Shown here: piece by piece, positions 32,972 through 47,900 of the stretch
Layout of the letters: each line of letters opens with the position of its first letter
How positions within the stretch are numbered: the first letter of the stretch is position 1
From: Caecitellus pseudoparvulus
Lineage: Eukaryota; Protista; Bigyra: Bicosoecida
Assembly (NCBI GenBank): GCA_965644315.1
Contig: CBFFRQ010000068.1
Coordinates: forward strand, 434,001-498,000
Direction of reading: 5' to 3'
Length of the DNA stretch: 64,000 nt
The notes under the pieces: model-generated
Told to the model about the DNA's origin: nothing
The model's input: only the letters and a program-made list of their open reading frames with translations
Databases searched by the model: none
Program-made: the position numbers and the translations under genes

Positions 32972-35900
32972 TCACTGCCAGTTGGCGTTTTCTGCCGAGG
33001 CCGTCAAGAAGTCGGCATCCATGGTGTGGCAGTGCTGTATAGCATACAGCAGTCGCTCTCGCATGACTTGCATGGTGGAGTACGTGGGGAGCTGCAGCAC
33101 TCCAAAGCACGTGGAGCTCTTCGGAAGCAGCGCATCCACGCCCTTCTGGGCTGCCTCAGTGCTCAAACCCGAGGCCGAATCCGGAGCTCCCACCGCCTGC
33201 ACCTTGAACCGCTGTGAGAAGCCTGTTGCAGTCAATGGCAAGTGATTGCGAGCCCAGCAGAATCGCAGGAAGGCGGTGCGCTGCACTGGGGTGAATCCGG
33301 CCAGCACCTCCCACAGCATGTCGAGGTGGGCCTCACCTCCACAGTCGCCAGGCTCGTAGTCCGTGTGAGCAGCTAGGAGTCTAACGTCAAAGTCAAGCTC
33401 TCCACAAATGCAGCCCTGGAGGTCCACTCCCCGCATCAGGGGCAAGACAGCTTCAGGCACACACTCTCCCAACCCTTGGCGCACTGCCTCCGCGGCAGCG
33501 TGAAACTCCAGTGCCCGGACGATGAGTGTGCTCGCAACGAATATCGGGATGCAGTCAACAGAGACATTCTCATGGCACCCCTTGGCACGCAGGGGAATGA
33601 CAGCGCCACTACCTAGCGTGGCAGTCCAGGTGATGCCTTCCAGCGCCTCTGCTGCTGCGAGCCTGTCCGCAGCGGCATGCAGAGTGAGCAGCCACTGAAG
33701 CCACTGGGCAGCTTCTGGATCAATCAAAGCTAACTCTGAGAAATTCAGCATCCAGATGACTCCCAGGTCACGAGTGCTGGGCAGCACAAGCTCCTGCATC
33801 GCTTGCAGCACGGGCGGTGGCAGATCGGAGGCATCCACGGGCTCCCAAGCCAGCAACCTCCACACGACTCTTGAGAGGGGCAGTCTCAAGGAAATGCCCG
33901 AGCGCAGAGCCATGCCCATGAACTGCCCCAAGAACCGCAAAGACGCGAGCTCCAAAGGAGCTAGCAGCAGTGGCGGCGGACTGAGAAGCCCCTCGCCAGG
34001 CGCAGCGCTGGCACTTTCGCGGCCGCTGGCGAGAACAAGCCCCCCATCCCCCTTCCCTTGCGCAGCTACAGGTGGAAGCGCAAGGACACGCAGCACAGTG
34101 CTGCGCCCGTCCCCGGCAAGGCTGGCAAGCTCGTCGCAAGCCACTGCGAACACCTCACGATACGCACCCCCGTAGTCATCCACGCCTTCACCGGCAAACT
34201 TCACACAGAAGGATCGTTGCTGGCCGTCATCCATGGGGTGTGTGAAGCCCAGTCGGAGGTATGCAGTCGGAAGCCAGTGTACGGCACGCATGAGTTGACC
34301 AAACACGCTGCCTAGCAGCCGCTGCGCAGCCTCAGGGTGCTGCAACGCGCGGCCTGCCAGGGGTCGATCGAACGACAGCCGCGGCAGCTCTGGAGGGTGT
34401 TCATACTCGTCGTCGCAGCGCCTCGGCCGCAACGTCGTCCGCTGCAGCACAGTTGCCATGACTCGCTTCTTGACACGGCTTGAGATGCCCCCCCTCAAGC
34501 GCAGTACTGCAGCCTGAAGGGGGCATGCTTCGCGCGTCATTGGGTCTTGCAACTCTCGAAGGCAGCCTGTTGAGTTCCACACGCGCCACTCCAGGAGTGG
34601 GCCTGGAGGAGGGCAGCCTCCGGACACCAAGCACCTCAATTCTTCCGCTCTCGGAGGCAAGTAGGGCGGCGCCATTCTCATGTTCAGCAAGGGCAAGCAC
34701 ACGTGAAGCTCCTCATTCAGCACCCACAGAAGGTACACGCGTGCCAAGACAAAGTCGGTAGCTGACAACGCTCCAGCTATCTGGCTGGCCTCAGGCAGCT
34801 CGGAGCATGCTTCAAGAACAGCCTTTCGAGCACTTTCTCCGAACCGCAGCAAGTGATCCTCACGGGTCACCCCCATACACGTGGCGAACGGGCACTTGAT
34901 CCAATCCCCTTTTCCGACGGTGCTGACTCTTTCCAAGGCAGAGAGCAGTGCTGCATCCCCGCCACTGCGCCAAACATCCAAGGCGAGCGGAACAGCACTG
35001 TACTTGCCTTCCGAATCGGGCACACACCCACAAGCAATTGAAAAAGCAGTCCATGAATGCAAAACGGTTGGCGCTGACGAAGGTTCGACGGCGCCCTCCT
35101 CTTGATGGTCTGCACTGTGCAGCAAGATCAAGTGCAGCATGCTTCGGCGCTCAGCGTCATCCCCCCATGACGGGTCGTCGGGGCCACGAGCTGTTCCTGA
35201 CTTCTCAGACACCCACTTGCGTGGAATGCAGGGAGGGGGACTAGCCATCCCGCTGCCAGGCTGCGTGGCTCTTGCTTCCCCCTCCCGCACTTCTGGCCCC
35301 CCAAAGCAAGCGAGGGGGGTGCCCCGCAGCTCATGCTGCAGCCCAGCCATGCGCACAGGCTGGCTAGGACTGGCAGGAGCAGTTGCCACGGCAGCGTTCA
35401 GCGCCACAGAAAGCATGTCAGTGGTGCAGGCAACAGCTGCAGCCATCTGAGCGCCAGGGATTGGCCAGCACGGGCCACCTTCCTCTTCTGCCACCCACAG
35501 CTTCCCATCCCTGACACCCACCACAATACTCTCTCCACGCTCAGAGAGGATTCGGTCTCCCGCCCGTACGCCAAATACTTTCAGCACATCTGGGCTAGTA
35601 CTGAGAGTCACGTCAAAGCCAGCCTTTGTAGACACTCTGGCCAGGTGCTTGGCGGCTGCAGCGCAAGCAGAGGCAAAAGCTCGCAGCAGGATGTGCACAA
35701 AGCCGCGAGTGTGAAAGGCGTCTTCGCCCTGCAATCCAGCCAGCACCCGCACGAACGACGTGAACGTGATGGCACGTTCTGGGCTGAGGGCAAAGCTTGG
35801 TGTGCCGAGAACATGAGCAGATGCCGTCGTGCCTGGGCAGTGCATCGGGTGCAAGTGTTGCATGGCCAAGTAGCCCATCTTCACCGTGGCTGGAGGTGGG

Positions 35901-38900
35901 GTGGTGGACACACTTACGCCCGCCGCGCCCGTGCATCGCCCGCCTTCACCTCCGTGCTCCAGATCTACACACGGCTGGGAAATGAGGGTCACCTTCTGCC
36001 CCTTGTTGTAGAAGGACACAGCCGGAAACAGCACCCCTGACAGATTCCGGAAAGCCACCCCCAACGGTTGACCGTTCAAGCTGAAGGACAGCGTCCCAGC
36101 GTCACAGTCCAGCTCCACGCCAACGATGTCACCAACGCCGAAGCGACTGCCATACGTGCGGGTCTTGCTGCGGCCGTGGTACAGCGCCCTGTCACCCAGA
36201 AAGCCCCAGCCATGCTCATCACCCCCCAAGAAGCTGTGTGGGTTGGCTGCGTGGGTTGCAACCCCGATGAACATGTAGGCCGAGGGCGTGTCATCGATGC
36301 GGATGCTCCACGTGTTGATGCCGGCGCTAAAGCCAGCATTCCCCAGCACCAGCGACCATGCCTCTGAGACGGCATTTTCAACGCTCAGGCCATCATTGCT
36401 GATGTGCACGCTGTCACTGTCCAAGGAGCCTGTTCGTGCACGGCGCAGCAGGTTGGGTCGAGCAACGTCCGATGTCTGCACATCCCACGTGAACCCTGGT
36501 GGGCTGGTAGTTCGGAAAGCTACGACATCAGACCACACACCGCACGTAGCCTGGACTGCGCCGCTTTCAGCATGGACGTCCACTCGCACCCGCTGAGCTC
36601 GCAGCAGGAAGGTCGTGGAGCTGCTCAGGCGGTGCAAGTGAAAGCTAGGGCTGTCACCAACATACACCGTGTTCCACCCCTCTTCTTTCTCAACGAATGC
36701 CTGGAGCTCATCCTCGACGACAGAGAGGCCTAAGGCTGCCACAGGCCCTGACCGCTGAGCAGCATCAGCATCGGTCTGCCTACGGCAATCCAAGTACCGC
36801 CTCTTCACGGCCTGCAAGAGTCGCCTCACTCCCCACAAGGCCTGAATGGTGGATGTGCTGGCTCCCTCTATGTAGCCACACGCAAGGATTCCGGACGTCA
36901 CGGGCGGACCATCAAGCGTGATGGGCACGCCGCGCAGCAAGACTGATATCGTGGCAGCAGTCCGTGCAAGTGGCCAAGCTGCTGACCAGAGTGCCAAGCA
37001 CTCGATCTCCCTGGCTTCCGCAACATCCAGGCACTCTATGCCGGAAGACAAACCTTCAAGTAATTGTTGACTCTCTGCCTCGATGAGCACCCCCAACGTG
37101 TTCGCAGACGCTTGCAGGTTCTGACCTGGCTGAGCCATGGCGGCCACGACGCACCTGTGGGATCTTGGCAAGGCCTGGACCATGGACACACACTCCTGCA
37201 GCGCGTCCATCCAGCGCTGTGGGAGGCAAGCAAACAAGCGTCGAAGGGCCCCGACGAAGGCCCCCGGCTCAAACCCGGGCAAGGGCGGAAGAGGCATGGC
37301 CCTCGCCTCCTCAGCACAAGCCGCACATACGTAGCTGGACATATCGGGACCCACGTAAGGAAGATCTTGCGAGGCTAAGCGGGCTACAGAGAATGCCTCT
37401 GCGATGTCGGGTACTTCTGCAGGCTGGGTGAGCACCAACGCCGGATCGTCAGCGTTGAACGGATCATGGGGAAGGACAGCAGGGAAGGAACTCGCCGACC
37501 TAGGCAGGAGCAGTGCTCGCCTTGCCTCGACACGAAAGAAACCTGGAGCATCGCCTCCTTCGCAGTCCAGCAGGATTGTTGCGTGTGACGAGCTGATGTC
37601 TGAAAGGACCAGGTCTGGGCAGCGAGCAGCTGCTGTTTGCGGGGCCGCAGTGGCTTCCTGTGCGGTGCGCAGAACCTCTCGCAAAGCTTGCGCTTTGGCT
37701 AAACACGCAGATGCGCACGTGGTCAGCACAGAAAAGTACATGCGACTGCACAGTGGTTCGCAGGTGAGCCGGAAGCTGAGCTGACGTCGCAAGAACGCCC
37801 ATGGGATGAGGGAGTCTAAGGCAAACAGGGCAGAGCCGCTGCTCAGGACCCCCTCCGCAGCAGAGAGTGCCCAGTGAACGACTTCAGTCAAGCGGTCCAG
37901 AAGAAGCTCCATATTCCTCAACACCAAGTACCTGATGGGGCCATTTGGGCATGAAAGCAGTGCAACAAAGCTGCGCAGAAGCGAGACTGATGCAAAGTGG
38001 AATGCCCCTTCCCTATGTTGAGGCGAAGGGGCCCCCTCACAGAACACCGACGCCATGGCTTCTGAAGGGGGCCATGGCCTGTCACCTCCTTCTGCTGACC
38101 ACGCCCACCACTGCAGCCACGCATCATGCAAGACTGACAATGCCCAGTCTGCAGCCTCCACGTGGCCAAACTTTGAGGCTTTGTCATCGCTCGCAGAAAG
38201 GGTCCGCCGCCCAAAAGGCACGTGTAGCAAGTCAGGGTTGCGAGCTGCAGCTTCCAGTTCAAGCAGCGCCCCTGACAGCAGCACCGTCGATACACGCACG
38301 TCCCAACAAATCTTTTTGCCAGCAGAAAAGCACTTGGGACGAAGGCCAACACGAAGCCAAGGTGAGCTGGCTTGTACCACTTGCAACTCGGGCAACCCCA
38401 AAACGCTGCAAAACGCTGCCCTGCTGGCGGTGCCTTTCTGACCAGTCTGCATCATGTGTTGCCAAACTCGGTGGATGTTAGAAGGATGAGCGCCTGCCAG
38501 CGCACGTGGGATATAACTGGTGGGGTGCCGAGTCAGCGAGCTCTGCACCTCCGGCTTTGGAGCCGCCCCTCGCAGCAGCGCTGCCTTCAAGGCCATCCAA
38601 GGCAAGAAGTGTGGACCAGCGGCAGCGGCATACGTCGGTAGCATTCCCGTGCCCTTTGCCCGGCTCACGGCACGCAGAAGGTCTGCAAAGGGGCGGTTTG
38701 TCGTGCCTGGCCCACACGGAGAGAGCAAGGCTTCTCGTGCCGAGAGGACACGGAGCATGTTCTCCGTGGCAGCGGCAGCGCAAAGCAGCGAGGGGCCAGA
38801 CAGCTCCTCTGCTGGGAGTGCGAGCAAGTCAGCCATGCGAAGCAGGTACTCGTGCCGCAGCTGGTGGTACCGTTCCACCCAGCCCCTGTCACTAGAGCCA

Positions 38901-41900
38901 GGCGGCGGGGGGGCCCCTGCTCCCGTGGATGCCCAGAAAAGGTCGTGCTGCTGCACACTGTTGGCGCAAGGCAGCTCTGCGTCGTCCATTGTGCCTATGC
39001 CCAATACCCATGGAACTCGGGGCCTGCCCGCATCATCCGCCCCCGTATCTGAGTGCACCTCCACAGCAGCCACTGCACGGGCCAGGAAGTCTGGAGCAGG
39101 TGGGCCACATGGAGCAGATCCTGGCAAAGGCAGAGGCTCACACTGCAGTGGACGGTGCTGCCCTATACAAGTGACGTCATGGATCAGCTGAAGCTCTGAG
39201 AGAGCGGTGCACCTGTCTTCAATGACATGTGGGAGAGGAGCGGTGTTCTTCACATCCAAGGGGGACAGGGCCAGCGCCCACGGAGGCATGTTCGAAGTCG
39301 GCACTTCAGCAGAGTCCCCCACGCAACGAGTGGGGTCGAACAATCGCTGTGCATACTTGTCCCACCGAGGCAGCGCCTCTGGAGCCTTCAGTGAGTAGAA
39401 AGCAGCGTACTCAGTGCCAGGGGCCTGCAGTGCTCTGCTTCGCTCTGCCGGGAAGTGGTTCTCCGCAAAAACATGTGACGCTGACAACACGAGAGGGAAC
39501 TGCGCCCAAAAACCATCAGCAGTGTGGAACACGTGGCTGGGGCTCTCAGGCTGCCGGACAGCTTCTGAGAGAACTGGTCCCTCTCCCGGAAACCCCCACG
39601 CCCGGTATCGCATTAACTCAGTTTGACTGGACGCCCCCCCATCAGCAAACGCAGAAGAGTTGGGGTGGGAGCAGCCACAAGAGGCTGACCCAATTCCAGC
39701 AGCGATGCACAGCTGCCACATCTCGGTGTCACTGCAGCCCTGAGCTGCAGCGATCGGCAGTGCCGACGGCCGCTGCAGCTCTGAGGTGCTCGGCAACTGG
39801 CGCAGGAGCTGCACAGCAGCTTCCCCCCAAAACGAAATCAGTCTGAGCTCACCTCTGTCTGGGTCAACACAAACATATAGCTCTGAGCGCTCATGACACC
39901 CTGGTGGCGGCACCGCACTCGACTGGCGTTGGTGTTCTGGCGATGCTGGCACGTACTGCGGCCGAACTGGCGAGCGGTCATCGGCTGGCAGAGTTCTGCG
40001 CTCAGGTCCAGCGAAGCGCAGGAGACTGGTGGTGTGCCGGTCCACAGCAGCTGCGAGTGACTCAGCAAGGAATTGCACGTGTCGACTCAGCTGATCCATG
40101 TAAGCAGCTCCAGAGATCCCGGGATCCAGCACTGATAGCGGTGGAGGGCTGGCAGGCTGACTTGGCTGTGCGGGCGCCGACTCTTGTGGGTCTTCCAAAG
40201 AAAGAGTCGGCACAAGGCCACCTTCTCCTTCCCCCTCTGAAGAAGGCTGATCAAGTGCAGCGAGCGAAGCGCTGGGACTTCGTGCGGGCGGAGCGTCTGA
40301 GGAACCTGGTGCTCTGTGGCGAATCGCAGAGAGAGCCGAGCCGGCAGCACCGTAAGGAGCTTGGCGATGGGGACTTCCTTGGTAAACAGTACGGCTGCGT
40401 CCCAATGCCGATGGCCTGGCGGGTGATTCGGCTCCCGGCGGTCGCACAGGGGATGCTTCTGGTTCGGATGCAGGTGCCGAGAGCATGCGTGGTGGTGTTG
40501 CCCTGCTGTCCTCCTCTTTGAACTCGCTTGCTTGCAGAGGCAGAGCATCAAGCTGTGGTGCTGGGAGACGAAGCACTGCGGATGTGGGGCGTTGCGAAGC
40601 AGGTGCGGACGTGCTGGCTGTGCGTTTCTGTTTCTCCTCATCAAGCTTCTTCAACACCCCTGACATGGCTTCCTCATGAAGGCGCACCAACGCGATTGCC
40701 GGAACACGGGCGGGGACTTGCATGAGATATTGCCTGCTGTGCGAGGTTTGGGCCTGAGCGTGACCTCTCGCGTCAGGCTCTGCCAATGTGGCCTGTGAAG
40801 GACTTGCGATCCCGCCGAGCTGCGCACTTGCGTCACGTTTGGGCGGCGAGGACTCTTCAAGCTCCAGCTCAGCCGCGGACTGCACGCCCACAAGCCGGGG
40901 TTCAGTTCGCGCTCGCGCTGCGGGGGATCTCGACCCAGAGCTGCTCCGCACTGGGCCCCTGTGCGCGTACCTTCTCCATGGATGTGATTGACTGTGCTCA
41001 GCAACATCCAACCCTCGCAGCGCGTCAAGCAGGGTGCGCAGATGTGCGACTGCTGAATCTCCAAGGTACTGGCTGTCTGTCAATCGAATTTGCGTGGAGC
41101 CTGCATCCTGGCCTCCTTGCATGGTGTGAGGCCGTGGGGTTGACACCGAGGCGTACGGCATGTGCTCCTCCAAGCCAGTGCCACCATGGCTGCCTTGAGA
41201 GGTGCCAGAACCTTGAGCATGCTCTGCAACTTGGGCGGACACCTGTTCAGTTGCAAATGAAGTGTGACTCTCACTGCCACTCTCGCCAAGCAGCGCAGCA
41301 GCGCTCTCCACCGCATCGCAGTCAAGGTCGTCAGCGCCGCTGTCGGAGGACCCAGCGGAAGTGCTCGCCTGGTCGTCTTCATCGGGTTCTGAGTGTGCTT
41401 CACCTTGGCTGCTGGCAGGGGTTACTGCACTCTCTTCAGCACCCCCCTGCACTCCCCTGCTGGACGCCATTTGACTGGCCACTGCCCGCAGGAAGTCACA
41501 GTTGTCAAGCAACCACGAGCTTGCAATCTGCAAGTCAAGCTGGCAAACTCGGAGCGCCAGTAGGCACCAGGATTCGGGGAAGCCCATCTCTGCGAGAGAC
41601 TGGAGCGAAGCAGCTTCAGGCAGCGGTGAAAGCTCGGCTCCTGCAAAGCCAAGCAGGGCGCAAAGGACGTCTGCTTGTGAGACGACCTCCGCACTGATGC
41701 GGCCAGTTGAGCCGGGGAAGTGAGCAGCTGCTGCACCAGGAGGCGGCGTCTCGGCACGCACTTCACGCCGAAAAGGGCCCGCTACTGCGGCGATATACTC
41801 TACAAGTGCATCAATGTCAACCCTCGCTCGCGCTGTGCAGGCTTGGCTCATGCGCGCAGCTGAGCAGGCTCGTGTGTACTGGCGCGATGCAAGTAAACCC

Positions 41901-44900
41901 TTCATCCGCGACCTCAGCGCCCGTGCATGAGTCCTCACTTCAGCAGGAGCGAGAAAGACCGGTGAACTGATGCGATGAAGTGCAAGAGCGACACTGTGTG
42001 GGTGGACGTCCTGTGGGCCACCTAATGGCATAGAACGGAGCAAGTCCATAGCCTCGTTGCACAAACCAGCCTGAAAAATGGCAAGCTGTGTAGCTTCCGG
42101 CGTGGGGGACATGGTCGCCTGTTGCCGAGCTTGGGGCAGCTGCAAAGCCAGGCGCAGCAGAACTTCACTCAAGTACTCCCCACCCACGCCGTGTAGCTGG
42201 CTGGGACCCATTCGTGATAGTTGTTGGCGAACCGAGCTCAAGGGTGCCCACAAGCAGCGTGCTTGCGCGCGGTGTGAAGGTGTGGACGCGCGCAGACGGC
42301 TGTTGACACGCCGACACACCTCGAAGTCACAGGAGTCGGGCTCAGGAGATGACGGGCTAGCGTCTGCCCCGAATGATGAGGACCGAGGACAGCAGCAGGA
42401 CGGATTCTTGTCTACGCCACCCGCAGGCCTCCATGTAGATGCCTGTTCATGAATGCCTGGTGCACGTCGCCAGGCTGTGTTCGGCGTAGCGTGGTCGGGC
42501 AGCAGGCAATCAAAGAAGCCGGATTGACTCGAGGTGGAAGCAGGGCCAAAGACACCAAGGGAAGAGCGGGCAGATTCATCAACTGCCTCACTATCGGCCC
42601 CAGGAATGAGCAGCAGAACCATGCCGTGTTCATGGCATACCCTAATGACAAGGCCGGCCGGAGGTTCTTCACGCTCATGTTCAGGAAGCGCAATGCCCGA
42701 TAACAGCAGCTTGGACGGGCGACCTGTGTCCCAAAGGGCTCGTATGTACAGGCCTGATCTCGGCTCCCTGGAACCTGTCCTCCACTGCTGCATCCATGCC
42801 ATGGCGGCGCTGGCCAGCAACACTGTCTGTGTGCCTCCTTGCACTGTCCGTGTCTCTCCCACAGGAACAGCACTGATTCCCGACACCCCGCTGTGAACCT
42901 CAACCTCGATCTTGTCAGAGCCTTGCTGTGCAAGGCTGGTTTCTGTTCTTCCGTGGTTCGACGCAAGAGGGAGGTCTGCTGCTGCGGAGAGCAGAGTCTC
43001 GACAGTTGAAAGCAGTGCAGACTGAAAGCCAGTTGGCCGTGCATCTAATATGCCCCGCACCCACGAATGAATCTGAAGAGTCAAGTTCTGGCCCTCAATG
43101 CCAAGCGTAAGCGGGCTTGGCTGCAAGAGTGGCCTTGATTCGGTGGCAAACCGCACAGTTGGAGAGAGTGTCTCTTGGATGGCTACACCAGGCTGCATCT
43201 GCATGCAAATGCTACTGCGTAGGCTTTCAAGCCAGCTTGAAAGGCGGACACTAGCTGTCGGACATGGGTTCGCCTGACTTTTCTCAGCGGAGCCTCCTCC
43301 TGCTGAACTTGCAAGCCAAGCTAGCCAAGCAAACAGCAGTCCGCCGTTCGGAAGGTTGATGGTGGCCAGACCCTGGTGATCTTCTGCACAGTGTTGCATC
43401 AGGTCGGTTGACACCAGAAGCTCGTCACAATTCTCAGGGGGCAGCCGCTCGGCAGCGCTGAGGAGGAGTGCTAGAGCCAGGGGGGTCTGCCCTCCCGCTT
43501 GTACGAATGTGTGTGCCGCGGCACTGAAAATGGTTTGCAGCTCAGCAGATGAGCCTCGGGGAAGCATACGCACAGCGGACATTGCTGCGACTTGAGCTGC
43601 AGTGAACCAAGGCCTGCTCTTCTCAGAGAGCTGAGGGGGGCGTTGCCCTGCAGCGCCCACGTCAGCCTCACCTCGCTGGCGAGCGACGACGAACCCTTGG
43701 AATCCAGAGAATGCTTCCGGCTGCAAAACCCCAGTAGCTGAGATTGAGCACGGGGAGCTGTCGGAGGACGTGCTGCGCATGCTGGGGGTACTGAAGGTCG
43801 AGCTGACAGGGTCCTGCCAGCCTGGAGGGCACGCAGTTTGAATGTTGCTGATGGACGTGCTCATGGCGAAGCCGACCAACGCTGGCACGTGCGGGATGCC
43901 ACCCCAGAATACAGGAGTTCGGAACCACGCTGCTTCACTTGTGGGAATGACGGGTGGAACCCGCAGAGGGGCGGAAAGGCGACTTGAGGTGTCCAATGCG
44001 CCGTCCAAGTGCAGCTCCAAGTTCCACGCGGGGGCGTGAATGTCATGCTCTGCAAGCTCCCAGTCTTCCAGCTGCCGCAGCCTGACCCGAACATGTACCC
44101 AACAGTAGTCTTTCAAAGGCCGTGAACTGATCATGGAGGCCCACGTGTGGTCATGTCCTTGCAAGCAGGGATGAGCCGGAATTTTCGACATGCTGTCAGG
44201 ATCACCGACAGATTCCAAGCCCGCGATCCACTCAGCATACGCACTTTCAGAGTCCGGGCCCCGCCCACCATGAGAAGTTGCGACGGCAACTTCCAGTCGC
44301 CCATCATCTGGTCGAAGCACGACGAGAGGTGCAGCAAAGGCAAGCCCCGCCCCTCTGAGGCAGAGCACCCGCGGGCGCCCTCCAGGGTCGGGTAGCGGCA
44401 TCGCCCAGAAGTTCAAGTCAAAGGCAGATCGAGCAAGTGAGCTAGCAGTGCGATACTGCGAAATGAGTACTTCTGGAGCAGCAGCTGACCGTTCGGAGTC
44501 ATCCTGCCATGCTGCGAGCATCAAAGCAGCACCCAACAAAGGTCCGGCACTCGCGAAGGCAACTTGAACAGCTGTCATGGTAGCCCACTCTGCAGGAAGT
44601 TCATCAAAGAGCATCGGGACACTTGCACCGCAAAGATGCACAGCATTGTGTGTGGCTGGCTCAAAGAATGACCTGTCTTTCCGGCAGAGCGGAGCAAGTT
44701 CCCGCAGAGCATCCAACCCACACTGACGGGGCGTGCCAGGATGCCGTGCGATCGCCACCCAAAGCATGAGCAGAGCCTCTGTTGAGGAGTTGTGCACTTG
44801 ATTTCGAAGAAAAGCTGCAAGGTACCGGAAACCTAGCTTGGCTGCGACTGCCATCCACCTCGGTTGATCGTGAGCCATCCCTTGGGATGCGACGACTTGC

Positions 44901-47900
44901 AGCGCAGACACGACAGTCGAGCACACTTCGCCAGTTCTGGCGGGATCGGGGCAGCTAGCGAGAAGGGCTCTGGCTGCTCCAACTAAAGCAGGCTGGGGGC
45001 ATTTCGAGAACTCAGCAAGCATCTGCAACGTGCGTAGCGCGCTGGCTGCCACGTCGAGCGCAATCGGTGGCAATACCCCTGCAGCCAGGCAGGCAGACAG
45101 ATGTGGCAGAGTCTTGGCAGACTGAACAGCATGCACTGAAGCAAAGGACACAACTTTCGCTGTTGTCACGGCCTGACTCCACACAGATGACATCTGCGTG
45201 GCCTGCCTGCCATCAGAGGTGGCTTGTCGGGGGGCGTGGCTGTGAAGCCATGTCTCTAGTGTGCTCGAGTCGACGGGCACTTGAAGCACGGTACAAGCAA
45301 GCCACTCCAGAGTAGGGCCCATGTCAGTGACAAATGCTAGCACATGATCGAATCCAGGTGGAGCAGAGCGGACGCCTGCACCTTGCAGAACTGCTTGTAC
45401 CGTCCTTGACAAGCCCACACTGAACCCTGCGGGCATCGTGATGCTGCGCTTCACCCCTCTCATGGCTCCTGCTGCGAGGTGAATGCAGTGCTTGATTGCT
45501 CGCCAGCGCAGCTTTGCTCTTGATGGCAGGGGGATTCGCCCCCCCCCGCCCCCCGCGTAGGTGATCAATTTGCAACGCTGAACAAGTTCGTTGCAGATGG
45601 CAGGGGCGCCCGCAAGCCTCAAGGCTTCCAGGTGCCTTGAATCACACCCCTTCGGGCCAGGGCCTTGCTCTAACTGCCTGGCTACCTGCGCGATGCGATG
45701 TCGGCAGGTAGCAGCAAAGCGGAAGGCAGCCAGCAGCCTGGGATCGACTTGGTCATCCCGACCAGCTGCAGCGAGGCGGCATGCCACAATCACCTCAGCG
45801 CCGGCTCCCAGCGAACGAGCAACGGCAATGAAAACGTGCGCTTCACATGCCTCCATCGCTTCGACAAGGCTGTGAAACCCTGCCAAGACACAGGCTCCGT
45901 CGGGCGCTCGCTGGAGCAGTTGTTTGTCCTGGAGGTCCTCACCCTTGGCGAAGCTGTCCACACTCGCGTGCAGCACTCGCGCATCCGTGAACAAACCGGG
46001 TGGCACAGAAAAGGCCTCCTGCGAGACATTGCATGCACGGCGATACGAGATGTCTTTTCGCAAGGCTGGCGCTCTGAGACGGCGCAAGACAAGCTCCAGG
46101 CCAGACGTGTCATAGCAGCGGATCAAGCCCAGCAGCTCGAGGCCCAGGCTCCATGCCCCCGGCCTAGCCTGCCAGTGCAAGGATAAAGTGGGGACGAGAA
46201 ATCGACTCAAGGACACTACCACCGCATCGGGCTCAGGCTGGCCATGTTGGGGGCTTGATTGCGGAAGGAGGAGGCGAAGCTGGTGGACGGTGCTTCCCAC
46301 AAGCCGTGCGGCACACTGAAGGGCGAGTGAAAAAAGTTGCTCGACATTGCTTCGCTGCCCGCAGAGTTGCTCCGCCCCCTGAAGGCTGAGCCCGTGGCAG
46401 AGGTGGCAAATGAGGCTCCACAGTTCCCGATGCACGCCAAGGGCTTGCAACCCACGTGCATCAAGGCTCAAGATTTGACTCATGAGGCACGGGAACGTGT
46501 GGGATACGGACCCAAGAGCAGGCAGCGGCACACAAGCACACACTCGCAGCACAGACTCGATAATCTCTGAAGCGGGGCTGAGGGCTGCACAAGCTTGTAG
46601 CAGGGCCGGGAGGAGCTCCGGAGCAGCGTCGCAGTCTGCTTGTAATATCAAGGCACAGGTTGTGTCAATGTCCCTGGGGGTACGCAGCATGCCTGGCAAG
46701 GCGTCCAAGAATGCAGGGTCTGGGCTGTGCTTTTCACGGCAGGACAGCCACAGCCTCAGCAGAGGCTGACATAGCCCCGACAAGCCTGCCACAGATGCGA
46801 GCACCGAGGTGAGCGCGCCCATTCCATGCCCACCCAGCGCAGACTCTGCTAACGCATTCAAAATACTGGACAACTTTGTGCCATGCGGTGTACCGGAAAC
46901 ACTCCACGCCCTCCCGTCATCGCTAGAAATTTGCGCATCGAATCCAGATACGCGCCACTCAACTGCTTGGGTACACAACAGAGCAACCTTGTGGGAAAGC
47001 AGCTGGCTTCCACTCTTGAGCATAAAGTCTGCATGCTGCGTGGCTGCTAAGCCTGTGTTGGCTGCAGTGGTTGCGGTGGCACGCCCGTCTACGAGTCCAA
47101 CTCCCGCCTCGTCCTGGCGGCCCAGCGCGTGGAGCAAGGTATCTGCAAATGCAGGCTCCATCACTCCCAAGAAAGGAGGCACAGGCATCAGTTGTGAGTC
47201 GTCGCGTCGGCGCTGAGCATTCACAGCTGCGCATGCCATTATGGATGAAATGGCAGCGGTCGCGGCGGAGCTGGGCCACGCCTCCGACTCGTCAGCAGCC
47301 GCGACACTGCGTGCCGAGGCTGGGGCTGAGGGTGACGTGGGCACTTGGCTCGAAGACGGGGGAGTCTTAAGCAGCCCACACACAGGCTGAGCAGCTAAGG
47401 TAAGTGATGAAAGTCGTGATAGACGCCATGCCGGCGGGGCTGAACTTGGTACACCAGCTGCACATGTGGCCTGTTCGGCAAACCTTCCGCAGAAGTGAAG
47501 CAGCCTGGCCAACGTCGCAGCACAGCCCACTGCCCCAAATTTAGACATGTTGGACAGGGGGAAAAGGGGCCCGTCTTCACTCACAGGCAAGTGGCCTGCG
47601 TGGCCAGCTGCTGCTCGGCCCCGGCGCCCGTGCACCCCAGGAACGCCCGAATCCCCATCCGCAGGAGCAGGAGGGCCCCCTGACAACCGAGGAGCATGGT
47701 CAGTGAGCAGCATCGAACTAATCCCCCGCGCAGCAGCAGCTGACTGCGGAGCAGCAGGAGGTGTTGCCGTTTGGCCACGGTCCACCTGAGAGTCGGCCGC
47801 AAGCACGATAGAGTGGTAGAAGCCACATGCCAGCGCCAAGATGCGCTTGCCCTGGAAGCGCTTGACAATCGATGGAATGAACTTATCTCCTGTGCTCTGT

